Translations under genes and position numbers: made by a program
Assembly (NCBI GenBank): GCA_964592385.1
Contig: CAZQEQ010000005.1
Coordinates: 586 to 64,585, forward strand
Source: an uncultured candidatus Brocadiaceae bacterium
GTDB lineage: Bacteria > Planctomycetota > Brocadiia > SM23-32
Length of the DNA stretch: 64,000 nucleotides
Direction: 5' to 3'
Part shown: piece by piece, positions 17,909-27,156 of the stretch
How positions within the stretch are numbered: the first letter of the stretch is position 1
Layout: every line of letters starts with the position of its first letter
Notes under the pieces: generated by a model
What the model saw: only the letters and a program-made list of their open reading frames with translations
The model's database searches: none
What the model was told of the DNA's origin: nothing

Positions 17909-20734
17909 CTACTTGAAGACGACCTCGTAGTAGATCGCCTTGTCGCGCGCGCCGTCAATGGTGAAGGCGCCGTCGGCCACCGGCAGCGTCCGCCCGGTTA
18001 CGCGTCCGTCGTGGTCGAGCACGTTGACGGCTGCAATCTGCCGGCCTGCCAGGCGCACGCGGGCCTTCACGGGCTCCAGCAGGATGGGCGCGGCGCCGTT
18101 GTCGAGCACACGGCCGTCGGGAGCGAAGTATTGGAAGCCGCTGTTGCAGTTGCGGGCCACCGCTGAGAGCAGGGCGCGCCGGGCGTCGGCCAGCTTGGCG
18201 TCCTTCTCCAGCGCCGTCAGGAAGAGCGAGGCGTAGGGACACTGGACCGTGACGTCCACGTCGCCGAGTTGCACCGTGCGGCCCTCGGCAAACCCCACGA
18301 CCGCCACCGTGCCGGCCGTGTTCACCGTGATGAGCCCCTTGTCCGAGGAGTCCCACGTCAGTTGACCGGTCGCAGACGTGATGACCGAGTCCCTCTGGTA
18401 CCTGGTCATGTCGGGGAAGGTGCTGGGCTGCGGCCCGTCGGTGAACTCGACGACGACCCGGCCTGCGGCCAGCGCCTGCGGGGGCACGGTGCCCTCGAAG
18501 ACCTTCACGTCACCCGACTGCGTGACCCTGTCGGAGAAGGAGAACTCGCCCTCGCGCAGCTCCGGCAGGCTGACACGCCGCGCGGAGATGACGGGGCCCT
18601 CCTCGACGTCTCCGCGCAGAACCATCCGTGCGAGCGCCGGGAACTGGCCGATCTGCGTGGGCACGTCCACTTCCCACACGCCCCAGGGGAACGTGCCGGC
18701 CACCTCGGCGAGGCCGGGCCGGTTGGAGAACGACTGGAACTCATAGGAGCAGTCCCAGCCCTGGAGGCCCATGCCGTAAGCGGCGATGACGGCCGGCCCC
18801 TCGGCGCTGTAAAGCGACGGGTAGACGCTGACCCACTCGGAGAGCCCGAACGGACGGTCGGCCACCTGCTGCAGGCCGCTGCCAAAATAGCCGCTGCCGG
18901 GGCTGCCGAGCATAGTGTAGAAGATTTTACCCCTGCCGCCGGCGTAGTTGTGGCGGTCTATGTAGCCGACCAGGTAGTCGGAGCGCAGATTGTAGTAGTG
19001 CGGCACCATCGTCGGGGCCTGCCAGGGCGAGCCGACCAGCGGGCCTTCGTAGCCGGCCTCGCGTATGGCCCTGACGAAGCGGCTGTAGAACGCGTTCTGC
19101 ACGTCGTGGAAGAAGGCCGCGTTGTCCAACATGCGCCGGCGCTCGCCGGGCCCGGTGCCGGGCAGGTAATTGTCGCTCACGTACCACGGGTTGCCCTGCA
19201 GTCCGATGTTGCGCGCATCGAGCGTCTCCGCCGCCTTGAGCGACCCGAGCCAGGCCGCTGCCAGCGCCTCGCGGGAGCCGTATTTCTCCTTGAGCCAGTC
19301 GGAGAATTGCTCAACAAGGCGCTTGTGATAGGTCGGGCAGGACTTGAGGATGCCGTCCGTGGTGTAGAAGAAGATGTCGTCTTCGTTCTGCAGTTCGATG
19401 AAGGACAGGGTGGGGTCCTCGGCGTAGGTCTTGCCCGTGTGCGGGTTGCGGTGTTTGAGGAGGTTCACGACCATCTGGATCATGAGGTCCTGCACGTCCG
19501 GCGCGATGTTGATCAGCCCGTAGGTGCTGCCTTTCAGGTTCGTGGCGATCTCGTCGTAGGCCAGCAGGGCGTCCTTGTTGCCGGGTGCGGGCTTGAAGCC
19601 GAACGTGTGGGAGAAGCCGTAATAGACCCCCTCTTCGGTGAGCTTCGAGCAGAAGTAGTCCAGGCGCTCGAGGCCCTTGGGATCGAACTTCGTGGCGTCT
19701 TCGCGGTCTGCAATGCCCTCCCAGCCGGACGGGCCGCAGAACTTGTGGAGGCGCACGCCGTTGACGCCGTACTTGGCGAACCGCGCGGCGGTCGCGTCCG
19801 CGCCCTCTTGCTCGGGCGCGCAAAGTGCGTAGGACAGGTTCGTGCCCCAGAACTTGACCGGCGTGCCGTCCTCGAACTGGAAGCCGTCGCCCACCATGCG
19901 CACGCCGCCGTGCTTGCCGGCCGGCGCGTCCAGCCAGTCGTTCATGCTGACAACGCTCGGGCCGTTGTCGTTCTCGGGCGCAAACTCAAACCAGTCCGGC
20001 CCGGCAATGGCCTTTACGTACTGCGCCTGGTCCTCCTCCGAGCCGAGAAAGCGGACGGGCCCCGGGAACGTCCACGTCATGGTGACGGCGGCCTTTCCCT
20101 GCTTGAACACGCCGTGCGTGAGCATCACGCGCAGGTTGCTGTTCTCCAGGCCGACGTCGCAGGCAGGATCGAGGGCAATGTTCACCTCGCCGGCGTCTGT
20201 GAGCTGGAAGGCCAGCTTGGAGACCTGCGCGATTTCGGGGGCACGAGGGACGGGCAACGTGATGGGCCTCTCGCTGCCGTCGGACAGCGTGGCCACGATC
20301 CGGCCGCGCTCTCCGGCGCCGCCCATGGTGAAGCCGACCATGAGCATGATCAGGGGCACATCCCTGTCCGCGCTCAGTTCGTAGCGCCAGGCGACGGAGC
20401 GGTCGCCGGACTGCTGCGCGCGGCAGGAGACGTTGATGACCTGGCCCTGGTCCTTGTCGATCGTGAACGGCGCCGCGATCTGGAGCACCCCGCCGGCCGC
20501 CTTGTCGGTCGAACGCGGGCCTGGCACCCACGACCACCTGGGCCCCCATCCGTCCACGGAGGTCCTCATGACGGGCTGGTCGTCCCGCAGGATCCACACG
20601 GCGAACGAGTTGTCCGGCATGGTGAGGGCCGTCCACTGGCCGCCCGCCGGCGTCGATGCGGCCAGCGCTGGCACACAGACCAGGATGCAGAGACCGACGA
20701 GAAGGAACTGCTTTGTGCTCAAGAGTGCGTGCAT
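17909..20734 (-). CDS. secreted glycoside hydrolase, clan GH-A (GH5-like TIM barrel)
   Basis: Signal peptide MHALLSTKQFLLVGLCILVCVPALAAS. The catalytic region is paralogous to 14062..16689 (FEDGTPVKFWGTNLSY, YGVNGVRLHKF, FIELQNEDDIFFY). GGAGG RBS. Confidence 0.65.
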   Translation of the reverse strand: MHALLSTKQFLLVGLCILVCVPALAASTPAGGQWTALTMPDNSFAVWILRDDQPVMRTSVDGWGPRWSWVPGPRSTDKAAGGVLQIAAPFTIDKDQGQVINVSCRAQQSGDRSVAWRYELSADRDVPLIMLMVGFTMGGAGERGRIVATLSDGSERPITLPVPRAPEIAQVSKLAFQLTDAGEVNIALDPACDVGLENSNLRVMLTHGVFKQGKAAVTMTWTFPGPVRFLGSEEDQAQYVKAIAGPDWFEFAPENDNGPSVVSMNDWLDAPAGKHGGVRMVGDGFQFEDGTPVKFWGTNLSYALCAPEQEGADATAARFAKYGVNGVRLHKFCGPSGWEGIADREDATKFDPKGLERLDYFCSKLTEEGVYYGFSHTFGFKPAPGNKDALLAYDEIATNLKGSTYGLINIAPDVQDLMIQMVVNLLKHRNPHTGKTYAEDPTLSFIELQNEDDIFFYTTDGILKSCPTYHKRLVEQFSDWLKEKYGSREALAAAWLGSLKAAETLDARNIGLQGNPWYVSDNYLPGTGPGERRRMLDNAAFFHDVQNAFYSRFVRAIREAGYEGPLVGSPWQAPTMVPHYYNLRSDYLVGYIDRHNYAGGRGKIFYTMLGSPGSGYFGSGLQQVADRPFGLSEWVSVYPSLYSAEGPAVIAAYGMGLQGWDCSYEFQSFSNRPGLAEVAGTFPWGVWEVDVPTQIGQFPALARMVLRGDVEEGPVISARRVSLPELREGEFSFSDRVTQSGDVKVFEGTVPPQALAAGRVVVEFTDGPQPSTFPDMTRYQRDSVITSATGQLTWDSSDKGLITVNTAGTVAVVGFAEGRTVQLGDVDVTVQCPYASLFLTALEKDAKLADARRALLSAVARNCNSGFQYFAPDGRVLDNGAAPILLEPVKARVRLAGRQIAAVNVLDHDGRVTGRTLPVADGAFTIDGARDKAIYYEVVFK

Positions 20735-20793
20735 GTCACCTATCCTCCCAGAACCTGGAATGCCGGGCGCCTCCCACGGCGCCGGAGTCGCCC

Positions 20794-20822
20794 ACGGTAG
20801 CGCCGCGAATTCGGCCCGTCAA
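20794..20822 (-). promoter_or_regulatory. sigma70-like promoter candidate
   Basis: Minus strand TTGACG (20822-20817), 17 nt spacer, TACCGT (20799-20794). About 60 nt upstream of ATG 20734. Confidence 0.35.
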
Positions 20823-20844
20823 GGAGCACGCCGGCCTGCTGCGG

Positions 20845-21066
20845 GGGCGGAGCCTGTCTTATCCGTGTGAATCCCAAGGGGAACGGCAACGGCGGCCACA
20901 GATTCACACTGATTACACAGATCAGGAACGCCGGCAGCGACAGCCACGGATCAATACCTATCAGCAGTGGCAGAGCCGGCCTTATCCGTATGAATCCGTG
21001 TCCATCCGTGTCCCATAGAAGTCTTTCCGTCTTCCTCCGTGCCCTCCGCGTCTCCGTGGTGATCCT
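20845..21066. repeat. ACGGA-motif repeat family, copy C
   Basis: The core GGCAACGGCGGCCACAGATTCACACTGATTACACAGATCAG matches copies A and B. The tail matches 17806-17893. TCCGT occurs at 20862, 20985, 20995, 21005, 21026, 21036 and 21053, and ACGGA at 20946. Confidence 0.85.
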
Positions 21067-21077
21067 GTGCCGTTGTT

Positions 21078-23513
21078 CTATCCGAGTTCAACGCGGACCT
21101 GGTGCGTCCCGCCGTCGGCGAAGACCTGGACGAGGTTGCCCTCCACCGCCCGCCCGTCCACTTCGAGCCGGGCCACGCCCTTGCTGACGTGGCGGGGGTT
21201 CTCCACGACGATGCGATACGTGGCGCCCCGGAACTCGCGGGTGACCGTGAAGCCGTCCCACGCGCGCGGGATGCAGGGGTCGATCCGCAGCCCGTCGTAG
21301 TCCGGCCGCACGCCGAGGATCCACTGGGTGACGGCGACGTGGCACCAGGCCGCCGTGCCGGTGAGCCAGGAGTTCTTCGCCTCGCCGTGACGCGGGGCCG
21401 CCCGGCCGGCGATCATCTGGGCGTAGACGTACGGCTCCGTGCGGTGCACCTCGCTGGCGTCCTCCAGGTAGGCGGGGGCGAATCGGCGGTAGAGGTCGAA
21501 GGCGCGGTCCCCCCGGCCGAGCACCGTCTCGGCGATGACGACCCACGGGTTGTTGTGGCAGAAGACGGCGGCGTTCTCCTTGTAGCCGGGCGGGTAGCTG
21601 GATATCTCCCCCAGCTCGGGGTGGTAGCCGGAGTAAGGCGGCGCGTGCAGCTCGATGCCGTATTCGGTCTCCAGGTGCTCGCGCACGGAATCGAGGGCGC
21701 GCTCCGCGCGGCCGTCCTCAACGCCGATGCCGGCCATGACGCAGAAGCCCTGCGGCTCGATGAAGATCTGCCCCTCGTCGCACTCGGCGCTGCCGACCTT
21801 CCGGCCGGCGTCGTCGTAGGCGCGCAGGAACCACTCCCCGTCCCAGCCGTGCTCCAGGACGACGCGCCGCGCGGCGTCCACCTGCGCCCGGGCGGCGTCG
21901 GCCTCGTCCTCCAGGCCGCGGCGCCGGCACATCGCGACGAACTCCGGTCCGATGAAGGCCAACATGCCGGCGATCAGGACCGACTCGGCCGTCCGGCCGT
22001 CGCGGTTCTCGCAGGTCTGGAACGACTCGTCGGGGTCCGTCGAGAAGCAGTTCAGGTTCAGGCAGTCGTTCCAGTCCGCCCGCCCTATCAGCGGCAGCCC
22101 GTGCGGGCCGAGGTTGGCGACGACGTGGCCGAAACTGCGCCTCAGGTGCTCGAAGAGTGTCGCCGCCCTCGCGGGGTCGTTGTCGAACGGCACCTGCTCG
22201 TCGAGGATCGAGTCGTCGCCGGTCTCGCGGAGGTAGGCCGCCGCAGCGAGGATGAGCCAGAGCGGGTCGTCGTTGAAGCCGCCGCCGACCTCGTCGTTGC
22301 CGCGCCGGGTGAGGGGCTGGAACTGGTGATAGGCGCCGCCGTCCTCGAACTGCGTGGCCGCCAGGTCGAGGATGCGCTCCCGCGCCCTGCCGGGGACCAT
22401 GTAGACGAAGCCGAGCAGGTCCTGGTTCGAGTCGCGGAACCCGATGCCGCGCCCGATGCCGGACTCGAAGTAAGACGCGCTGCGCGAGAGGTTGAAGGTC
22501 ACCATGACCTGGTAGGGGTTCCAGGCGTTCACCATGCGGCAGAGCCGCTCGTCGGCGGCCTCCAGTCGGTACTTGCCCAGCAGCCCGTCCCAGTAGGCGC
22601 GCAGGTCGGCGAGGGCGCGGTCCACGTCCTCGGGCGCCGCAAAGGCCCGCTGCATGGCGCGCGCGCGGGACTTGTTGACGACGCCCGGCGAATCCCATTT
22701 CTCGCCCTCGGGGTTCTCCACATAGCCCAGCACGAAGATTAGCGACCTCTCCTCGCCCGGCCCGAGCGCCAGCCGCACGTGATGGGACGCGATGGGTGAC
22801 CAGCCGCTGGCAACGGAGTCCCGCGACTCGCCCTCGAACGGCACCGCTGCGTCGCCGAAACCGTTATACGGCCCGACGAACGCCTCCCGGTCCGTGTCGA
22901 AGCCCTCGACGGGCGCGTTGACCGAGTAGAACGCGTAATGGTCCCGCCGCTCGCGGTATTCGGTCGTGTGGTAGACGGCCGGGCCGTCCACCTCGACCTC
23001 GCCGGTGCTGAAGTTTCGCTGGAAGTTGGTCATATCGTCCAGCGCGTTCCAGAAGCAGAACTCAACGCAGGAGAAGACGGACAGCTCGCGGGGCTCCTCG
23101 CCCAGGTTGCGGAGGGTGAGGCGGTGCACCTCGCAGTCCAGGCCGACGGGCACGAAGGCGAGCAGCGTCGCCCGCACCCCGTTCCGCTCGCCGGCGATGG
23201 ACGTGTAGCCGAGGCCGTGGCGGCACTCGTAGGAGTCGAGGTCCGCCCTGACGGGCAGCCAGCCGGGCGACCAGACGTCGCCCCCGTCACGGACGTAGAA
23301 GTAGCGGCCGCCCGCGTCGAGGGGGACGTTGTTGTAGCGGTAGCGCGTGAGGCGGCGCAGGCGGGCGTCGCGGTAGAAGCAGTAGCCGCCGGCCGTCTGG
23401 GAGATGATGCCGAAAAAGCGCTCGGAGCCGAGGAAGTTGATCCACGGGTAGGGCGTGCGGGGCGTCGTGATGACGTACTCGCGCGCCGCGTCGTCGAAGT
23501 GCCCGTAACGCAT
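21078..23513 (-). CDS. GH94 glycoside phosphorylase (cellobiose/chitobiose phosphorylase-like)
   Basis: ORF 21078..23591 trimmed to ATG 23513, which has a GGAGGG RBS. The N-terminus [29 protein letters not shown] and the [11 protein letters not shown] catalytic-Asp region match my memory of GH94. The 811-aa length fits. Confidence 0.85.
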   Translation of the reverse strand: MRYGHFDDAAREYVITTPRTPYPWINFLGSERFFGIISQTAGGYCFYRDARLRRLTRYRYNNVPLDAGGRYFYVRDGGDVWSPGWLPVRADLDSYECRHGLGYTSIAGERNGVRATLLAFVPVGLDCEVHRLTLRNLGEEPRELSVFSCVEFCFWNALDDMTNFQRNFSTGEVEVDGPAVYHTTEYRERRDHYAFYSVNAPVEGFDTDREAFVGPYNGFGDAAVPFEGESRDSVASGWSPIASHHVRLALGPGEERSLIFVLGYVENPEGEKWDSPGVVNKSRARAMQRAFAAPEDVDRALADLRAYWDGLLGKYRLEAADERLCRMVNAWNPYQVMVTFNLSRSASYFESGIGRGIGFRDSNQDLLGFVYMVPGRARERILDLAATQFEDGGAYHQFQPLTRRGNDEVGGGFNDDPLWLILAAAAYLRETGDDSILDEQVPFDNDPARAATLFEHLRRSFGHVVANLGPHGLPLIGRADWNDCLNLNCFSTDPDESFQTCENRDGRTAESVLIAGMLAFIGPEFVAMCRRRGLEDEADAARAQVDAARRVVLEHGWDGEWFLRAYDDAGRKVGSAECDEGQIFIEPQGFCVMAGIGVEDGRAERALDSVREHLETEYGIELHAPPYSGYHPELGEISSYPPGYKENAAVFCHNNPWVVIAETVLGRGDRAFDLYRRFAPAYLEDASEVHRTEPYVYAQMIAGRAAPRHGEAKNSWLTGTAAWCHVAVTQWILGVRPDYDGLRIDPCIPRAWDGFTVTREFRGATYRIVVENPRHVSKGVARLEVDGRAVEGNLVQVFADGGTHQVRVELG

Positions 23514-23602
23514 GTTCCGCCCTCCGGGGTCGGTTCTGGAATGGCCCGACAGCAAGTGCGAGGCCCGGCGGGACCGGGCTTGCAGGCGCAAGCAGCGCTG
23601 AC

Positions 23603-23631
23603 ACGTTAGGTCATGGCCGGCGGGGCGTCAA
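23603..23631 (-). promoter_or_regulatory. sigma70-like promoter candidate for GH94 gene
   Basis: Minus strand TTGACG (23631-23626), 17 nt spacer, TAACGT (23608-23603). Confidence 0.35.
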
Positions 23632-23676
23632 ATGCCGGCGCGCAGTGGCCCGCGCGGAAGGCAGAGGCGGGCAGCC

Positions 23677-23712
23677 GCAAAGCAAGAAGGCCGGCGGACA
23701 TCACCGGCCTTC
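23677..23712 (-). terminator. rho-independent terminator candidate after porin gene
   Basis: On the minus strand GAAGGCCGG (23712-23704) pairs perfectly with CCGGCCTTC (23694-23686) across a 9-nt loop. TTGCTTTGC follows. A second GC hairpin (CGGGGCCG...CGGCCCCG) lies just upstream at 23736-23765. Confidence 0.5.
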
Positions 23713-23824
23713 CTTGCAGCGCTATCGGCGGGGCTCGGGGCCGTCCCCGCAGGGGCGCGGCCCCGGACCGCCTTGTTTCCGTCAATGCGTCTGACAGGCT
23801 TGCGAGCCCGGCGGGCCGCAGGCG

Positions 23825-25240
23825 TCAGAAGTCCACCTGGAACCTCGCCATAAAGGCCTCCGCGTCGCCGTCGAGCGAGAACACACGCTCGCCTTCGTGA
23901 GAGCGTGCCTTATCGATGCCCTGGGTCACGTAGTTGAGCATGAACCGCATGTTCGGGTTCAGGTACCAGTTCAGCCCAAACGTGAGACCATCGAGCGTGA
24001 CATCTTCCTTGTAGGAGCTGTTCTTCTCGCTTGTGGCCTCGCTGTAGCGTACGGCTACCTCCCAGGCGCCCCAACCGCCGTCGCCGTCGAAGTTGTTGTT
24101 CGGCGTGACGCGGTCGAACCCGCCGGTGCTCCTGTTGTAGACGCGGTTCTCACCGGTCAGGAAGTAACTGGCGTACACATAGTAACCGTCCGAATCGATG
24201 TCGGACGCTCCCTTATCGCCATTGACGTCACCGGTGAAGTACTCGCCCTGCAGCGAGAGGGGTCCGAAGACGGTTGCCGCCTCAAGGCCGAGAGTGGAGG
24301 CATCGTCGACCGGGTCGATACACCACGCCCCGCAGCAGAGGGGGTCGAACAGGTGAGCCTCCGCCAGCACCAACGCCGTCTCGTATTCGTCGGGGTCGCG
24401 GTGCGTGTACGCCGCGCCGACGTGAACCAGCTCGCGGCCGTCGTTCTCGTAGTGCGGCAGCCACGTGGCACGCCCGGTCAGGGCGACGCCGTCTTCGGTC
24501 GTGCCCCTTCTACCGTCCACGAACACACCGGCCGCCCACGTCACCCGCTCGTCCGACGCGGTGTCGGAGACGCTGATACCGGTGTTGCGGCCAGGCGCGT
24601 TGTAGGCGACCGGGAGTGCCCGCTCCATGAAGGTGATGAACCTCTGGCTGGTCACCATCTCCAGGCTGAAGGGCTCCTTCTGGTGCCCGATCTTGATCAC
24701 GCCCGCCGGCAGGAGTTCGTCGACGGTCATGTAGGCGTCGGTCACGGAGACGTCATCGCGGGCGTAGCCGCAAGAACAGGAGTCTCCCGAACTGTCGAAC
24801 TCGACTTCCAACCTGTAGCCGACGACGCCGTAAGCCGTGCCGGCCATGTGGAGACGGGTCGAACGGAGTTCGACCTGATCCCCTGCCCATTCACGGAAAT
24901 CCTCCCGATAGGAGAAATCCCCGCACTCGCAACTCTCACCGATGGCGTAGAACTCGTCGTCGGCGTCCAGATCCGCCCAGTCGACGAAGACCCGGCCCCC
25001 GATGTTGAGCGTGAACGCTCCATCGGGACTCTGGAAGAAAAGGCCGTTGTCCCAGTAAGGAAGCAACGGCACGCCCTCCACCTCTTCCGCCGTCATCACC
25101 CGGCCGGCCTTCAGCGCTGCCAGCTCCCTCTCGAGCTGCTCGACGCGCCCCTCAAGGCCGTCAGCCGCCAGTGCGGCACCGGCCAGAGCGAACGACAGCG
25201 CCAGTGCCAGCATGAGAAATGTTCTCGATGCCCTGTTCAT
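23825..25240 (-). CDS. outer-membrane porin, phosphate-selective porin O/P (OprO/OprP) family-like
   Basis: Signal peptide followed by a short coiled coil (LEGRVEQLERELAALKAG). WDNGLFFQSPDGAFTLNIGGRVFVDW is typical of Porin_O_P. The C-terminus ends in an aromatic residue (ARFQVDF). Unusual CECG, CSCG and CCGAWC motifs are present. Confidence 0.7.
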   Translation of the reverse strand: MNRASRTFLMLALALSFALAGAALAADGLEGRVEQLERELAALKAGRVMTAEEVEGVPLLPYWDNGLFFQSPDGAFTLNIGGRVFVDWADLDADDEFYAIGESCECGDFSYREDFREWAGDQVELRSTRLHMAGTAYGVVGYRLEVEFDSSGDSCSCGYARDDVSVTDAYMTVDELLPAGVIKIGHQKEPFSLEMVTSQRFITFMERALPVAYNAPGRNTGISVSDTASDERVTWAAGVFVDGRRGTTEDGVALTGRATWLPHYENDGRELVHVGAAYTHRDPDEYETALVLAEAHLFDPLCCGAWCIDPVDDASTLGLEAATVFGPLSLQGEYFTGDVNGDKGASDIDSDGYYVYASYFLTGENRVYNRSTGGFDRVTPNNNFDGDGGWGAWEVAVRYSEATSEKNSSYKEDVTLDGLTFGLNWYLNPNMRFMLNYVTQGIDKARSHEGERVFSLDGDAEAFMARFQVDF

Positions 25241-25748
25241 TCCGTACCCCCCTGCCTTGTACCGTGTTATCCAGAACTAACAACCTGGTCAAACCTGACA
25301 GGTTCCGCCGGTCGCCGACCGTGACTGCCGGTCGGTCGGGAGAACCCTGCCCCTCCTAGACCTGGCAATTCCCCTTTCCAGTTGATGGAATGCTGGCGTA
25401 TGGACGACTGGTTTCCATCCACGGACCGCTCACGCTCGCAGCCCCGTGGCCAGACCTCCCCCGAGTGCTCAGGATGGTACCACATCGCCCTATCGCAAAG
25501 CAAGTAGAATTCTGACATGCCCTACAGGGCCTCGCGGATTAGAGTGACTCAACCAGACCGCGGGACAACACCCGCAAGACAAGGGTTTTCCCCCTGCTCA
25601 CTTCGTCACCCTCTTACGCGGGCCTCTCCAATCCCCCCTGTGCGCCGGGACGGCCCTGCCCCCTCAAGGCGGCCCCACGCCGCAGGGCGGGAACTGAAGC
25701 AGGGCGCAGAAGCCCTGACGTTCCCCTGACTGAATGCAAACAGAACGC

Positions 25749-25778
25749 TTGACGAACCCGCTATCGTCCGAATACAAT
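25749..25778 (+). promoter_or_regulatory. sigma70-like promoter candidate for 25882 gene
   Basis: TTGACG (25749-25754), 18 nt spacer, TACAAT (25773-25778). About 100 nt upstream of the ATG. Confidence 0.5.
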
Positions 25779-25881
25779 GCCCCGCCAACGGCACCGAGCG
25801 CGGGCCGCGGCGGGACGAGGAGAGCAGTCCGTGGGACCTCGGGCCACGGGTCAGTCGGTCTTCCGGCAGAGGAGCAGGACC

Positions 25882-27156
25882 ATGAAGGTCAGGAGTTTGA
25901 TGGCGGTTCTTGTCGTTCTGGCCGTGATGTGCGTGATGGTGCAGTCGGCAAGTGCGGGGACCGCTCTCCCGGGCCAGCCCCCGATTGGGTACTGCGTGTG
26001 CTCCCCCTGCGGCTGCTCAATAGTCGTGGGCTACGATGGTGAAGGGTACGCAATATGGGAATCTGTGGATAGCTGCCCTGGTGCGCCCGGTTGCTACGTG
26101 CGCTTCAGCAGCGTGATGCTCGCCAGGTGGCTGTCCACGCTGGGACCCCTGACGGCGCTCCCGGACGGATTCGGCGAATGGGACGACCTGAACCAGTGGC
26201 AGACGGCCGGTGGCTGGAAGATCAGCCCGGGCAAGGCCAGCTTCAAGAACAAGGGATGGGGGAAGACCCCGGGGTCGAAGTACTCCATCTCGCCCAAGTG
26301 GGTCGGGCCGGACGGAAACCTTTACTCCGGCCCCGAAGATGGATGGGAAGACTACGCCCCGACCATGATGTTCGTGTTGCCCGACCTTGACCTCGACACG
26401 TGGCGGTTCACGCTCGGCTCGGAGACGGCATACCGGCGCACGGAGAACAACGTGCTCGGCCGCGTCAACGGCAAGGAAGACAAGGCTGAGGCACTGTCCG
26501 AGACGCTCAGGTTCGTCTGGTGGAACGAGACGGCCAACGTCAGCCTGCTGGTGCCGATGAGCCGTGAGGAGCACGGGAGCAACTTCGACGCCCTCGACAA
26601 CACCGGCATCGGCGTCATCCTGTGCCCCATGTACCGGCTGTTCCGCGAAGAGGTGCACGGGTTCAACACGCAGGTCGGCTTCGACGTCGGCTACCATCAC
26701 TCGGAGTACGACGAGGAAGACCAGCTCGACCAGCCGGTGGGCACGACGCCTTGGGGAGTCGGCGACTTCGAGAGCCCCGACTACCTGACGGCCGGCGTGA
26801 TGGCCGGCGCCGGCAAGACGACCCCCGTCGGGGACCTCTCCCTGAGCCTGGGGCAGCAGTGGGTCTGGGACATGCACAAGAACGGAATGCTGGCCGGCAG
26901 CAACGTCATGGACTTCACGACGGCCATCTTCCGCTGGTACACCGCGCTCTCGCGGCACCTGCACGTTCACAGTGACACGACGATGTCCTACACGGACGAC
27001 GTGCCGGACGAGTGGGACGGCACCACGTACGCCACGTCCGTGGCCGTCGGTTACAATGACACCAACTGGGGCGTGACGGGCACGGTGACCAGGGACTGGA
27101 TGGACGACAACATCGACGAGTGGATTTACGCCCTGTCGTTCACGCTGCAGTGGTAG
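25882..27156 (+). CDS. hypothetical secreted protein, probable outer-membrane beta-barrel
   Basis: ORF 25777..27156 trimmed to ATG 25882 (GGAGCAGG RBS). Signal peptide MKVRSLMAVLVVLAVMCVMVQSASA. Cys cluster GYCVCSPCGCS near the N-terminus. Alternating aromatic/polar C-terminal strands end in YALSFTLQW. I recognise no family. Confidence 0.55.
   Translation: MKVRSLMAVLVVLAVMCVMVQSASAGTALPGQPPIGYCVCSPCGCSIVVGYDGEGYAIWESVDSCPGAPGCYVRFSSVMLARWLSTLGPLTALPDGFGEWDDLNQWQTAGGWKISPGKASFKNKGWGKTPGSKYSISPKWVGPDGNLYSGPEDGWEDYAPTMMFVLPDLDLDTWRFTLGSETAYRRTENNVLGRVNGKEDKAEALSETLRFVWWNETANVSLLVPMSREEHGSNFDALDNTGIGVILCPMYRLFREEVHGFNTQVGFDVGYHHSEYDEEDQLDQPVGTTPWGVGDFESPDYLTAGVMAGAGKTTPVGDLSLSLGQQWVWDMHKNGMLAGSNVMDFTTAIFRWYTALSRHLHVHSDTTMSYTDDVPDEWDGTTYATSVAVGYNDTNWGVTGTVTRDWMDDNIDEWIYALSFTLQW

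Noticed and set aside
18269-20800. 843-aa plus-strand ORF
   Set aside because: Antisense shadow of GH gene 17909..20734. The same applies to 47865..50552 (which also runs through the tRNA), 54663..57206, 41837..43711, 37611..39473, 3337..5310, 60551..61975, 21102..22742 and the many shorter R/P/G-rich ORFs nested in real genes.
25267-25518. 83-codon minus-strand ORF in the porin/beta-barrel divergent region
   Set aside because: It has no RBS and overlaps the porin promoter candidate. I recognise no motif in it. It could be real, but support is insufficient.
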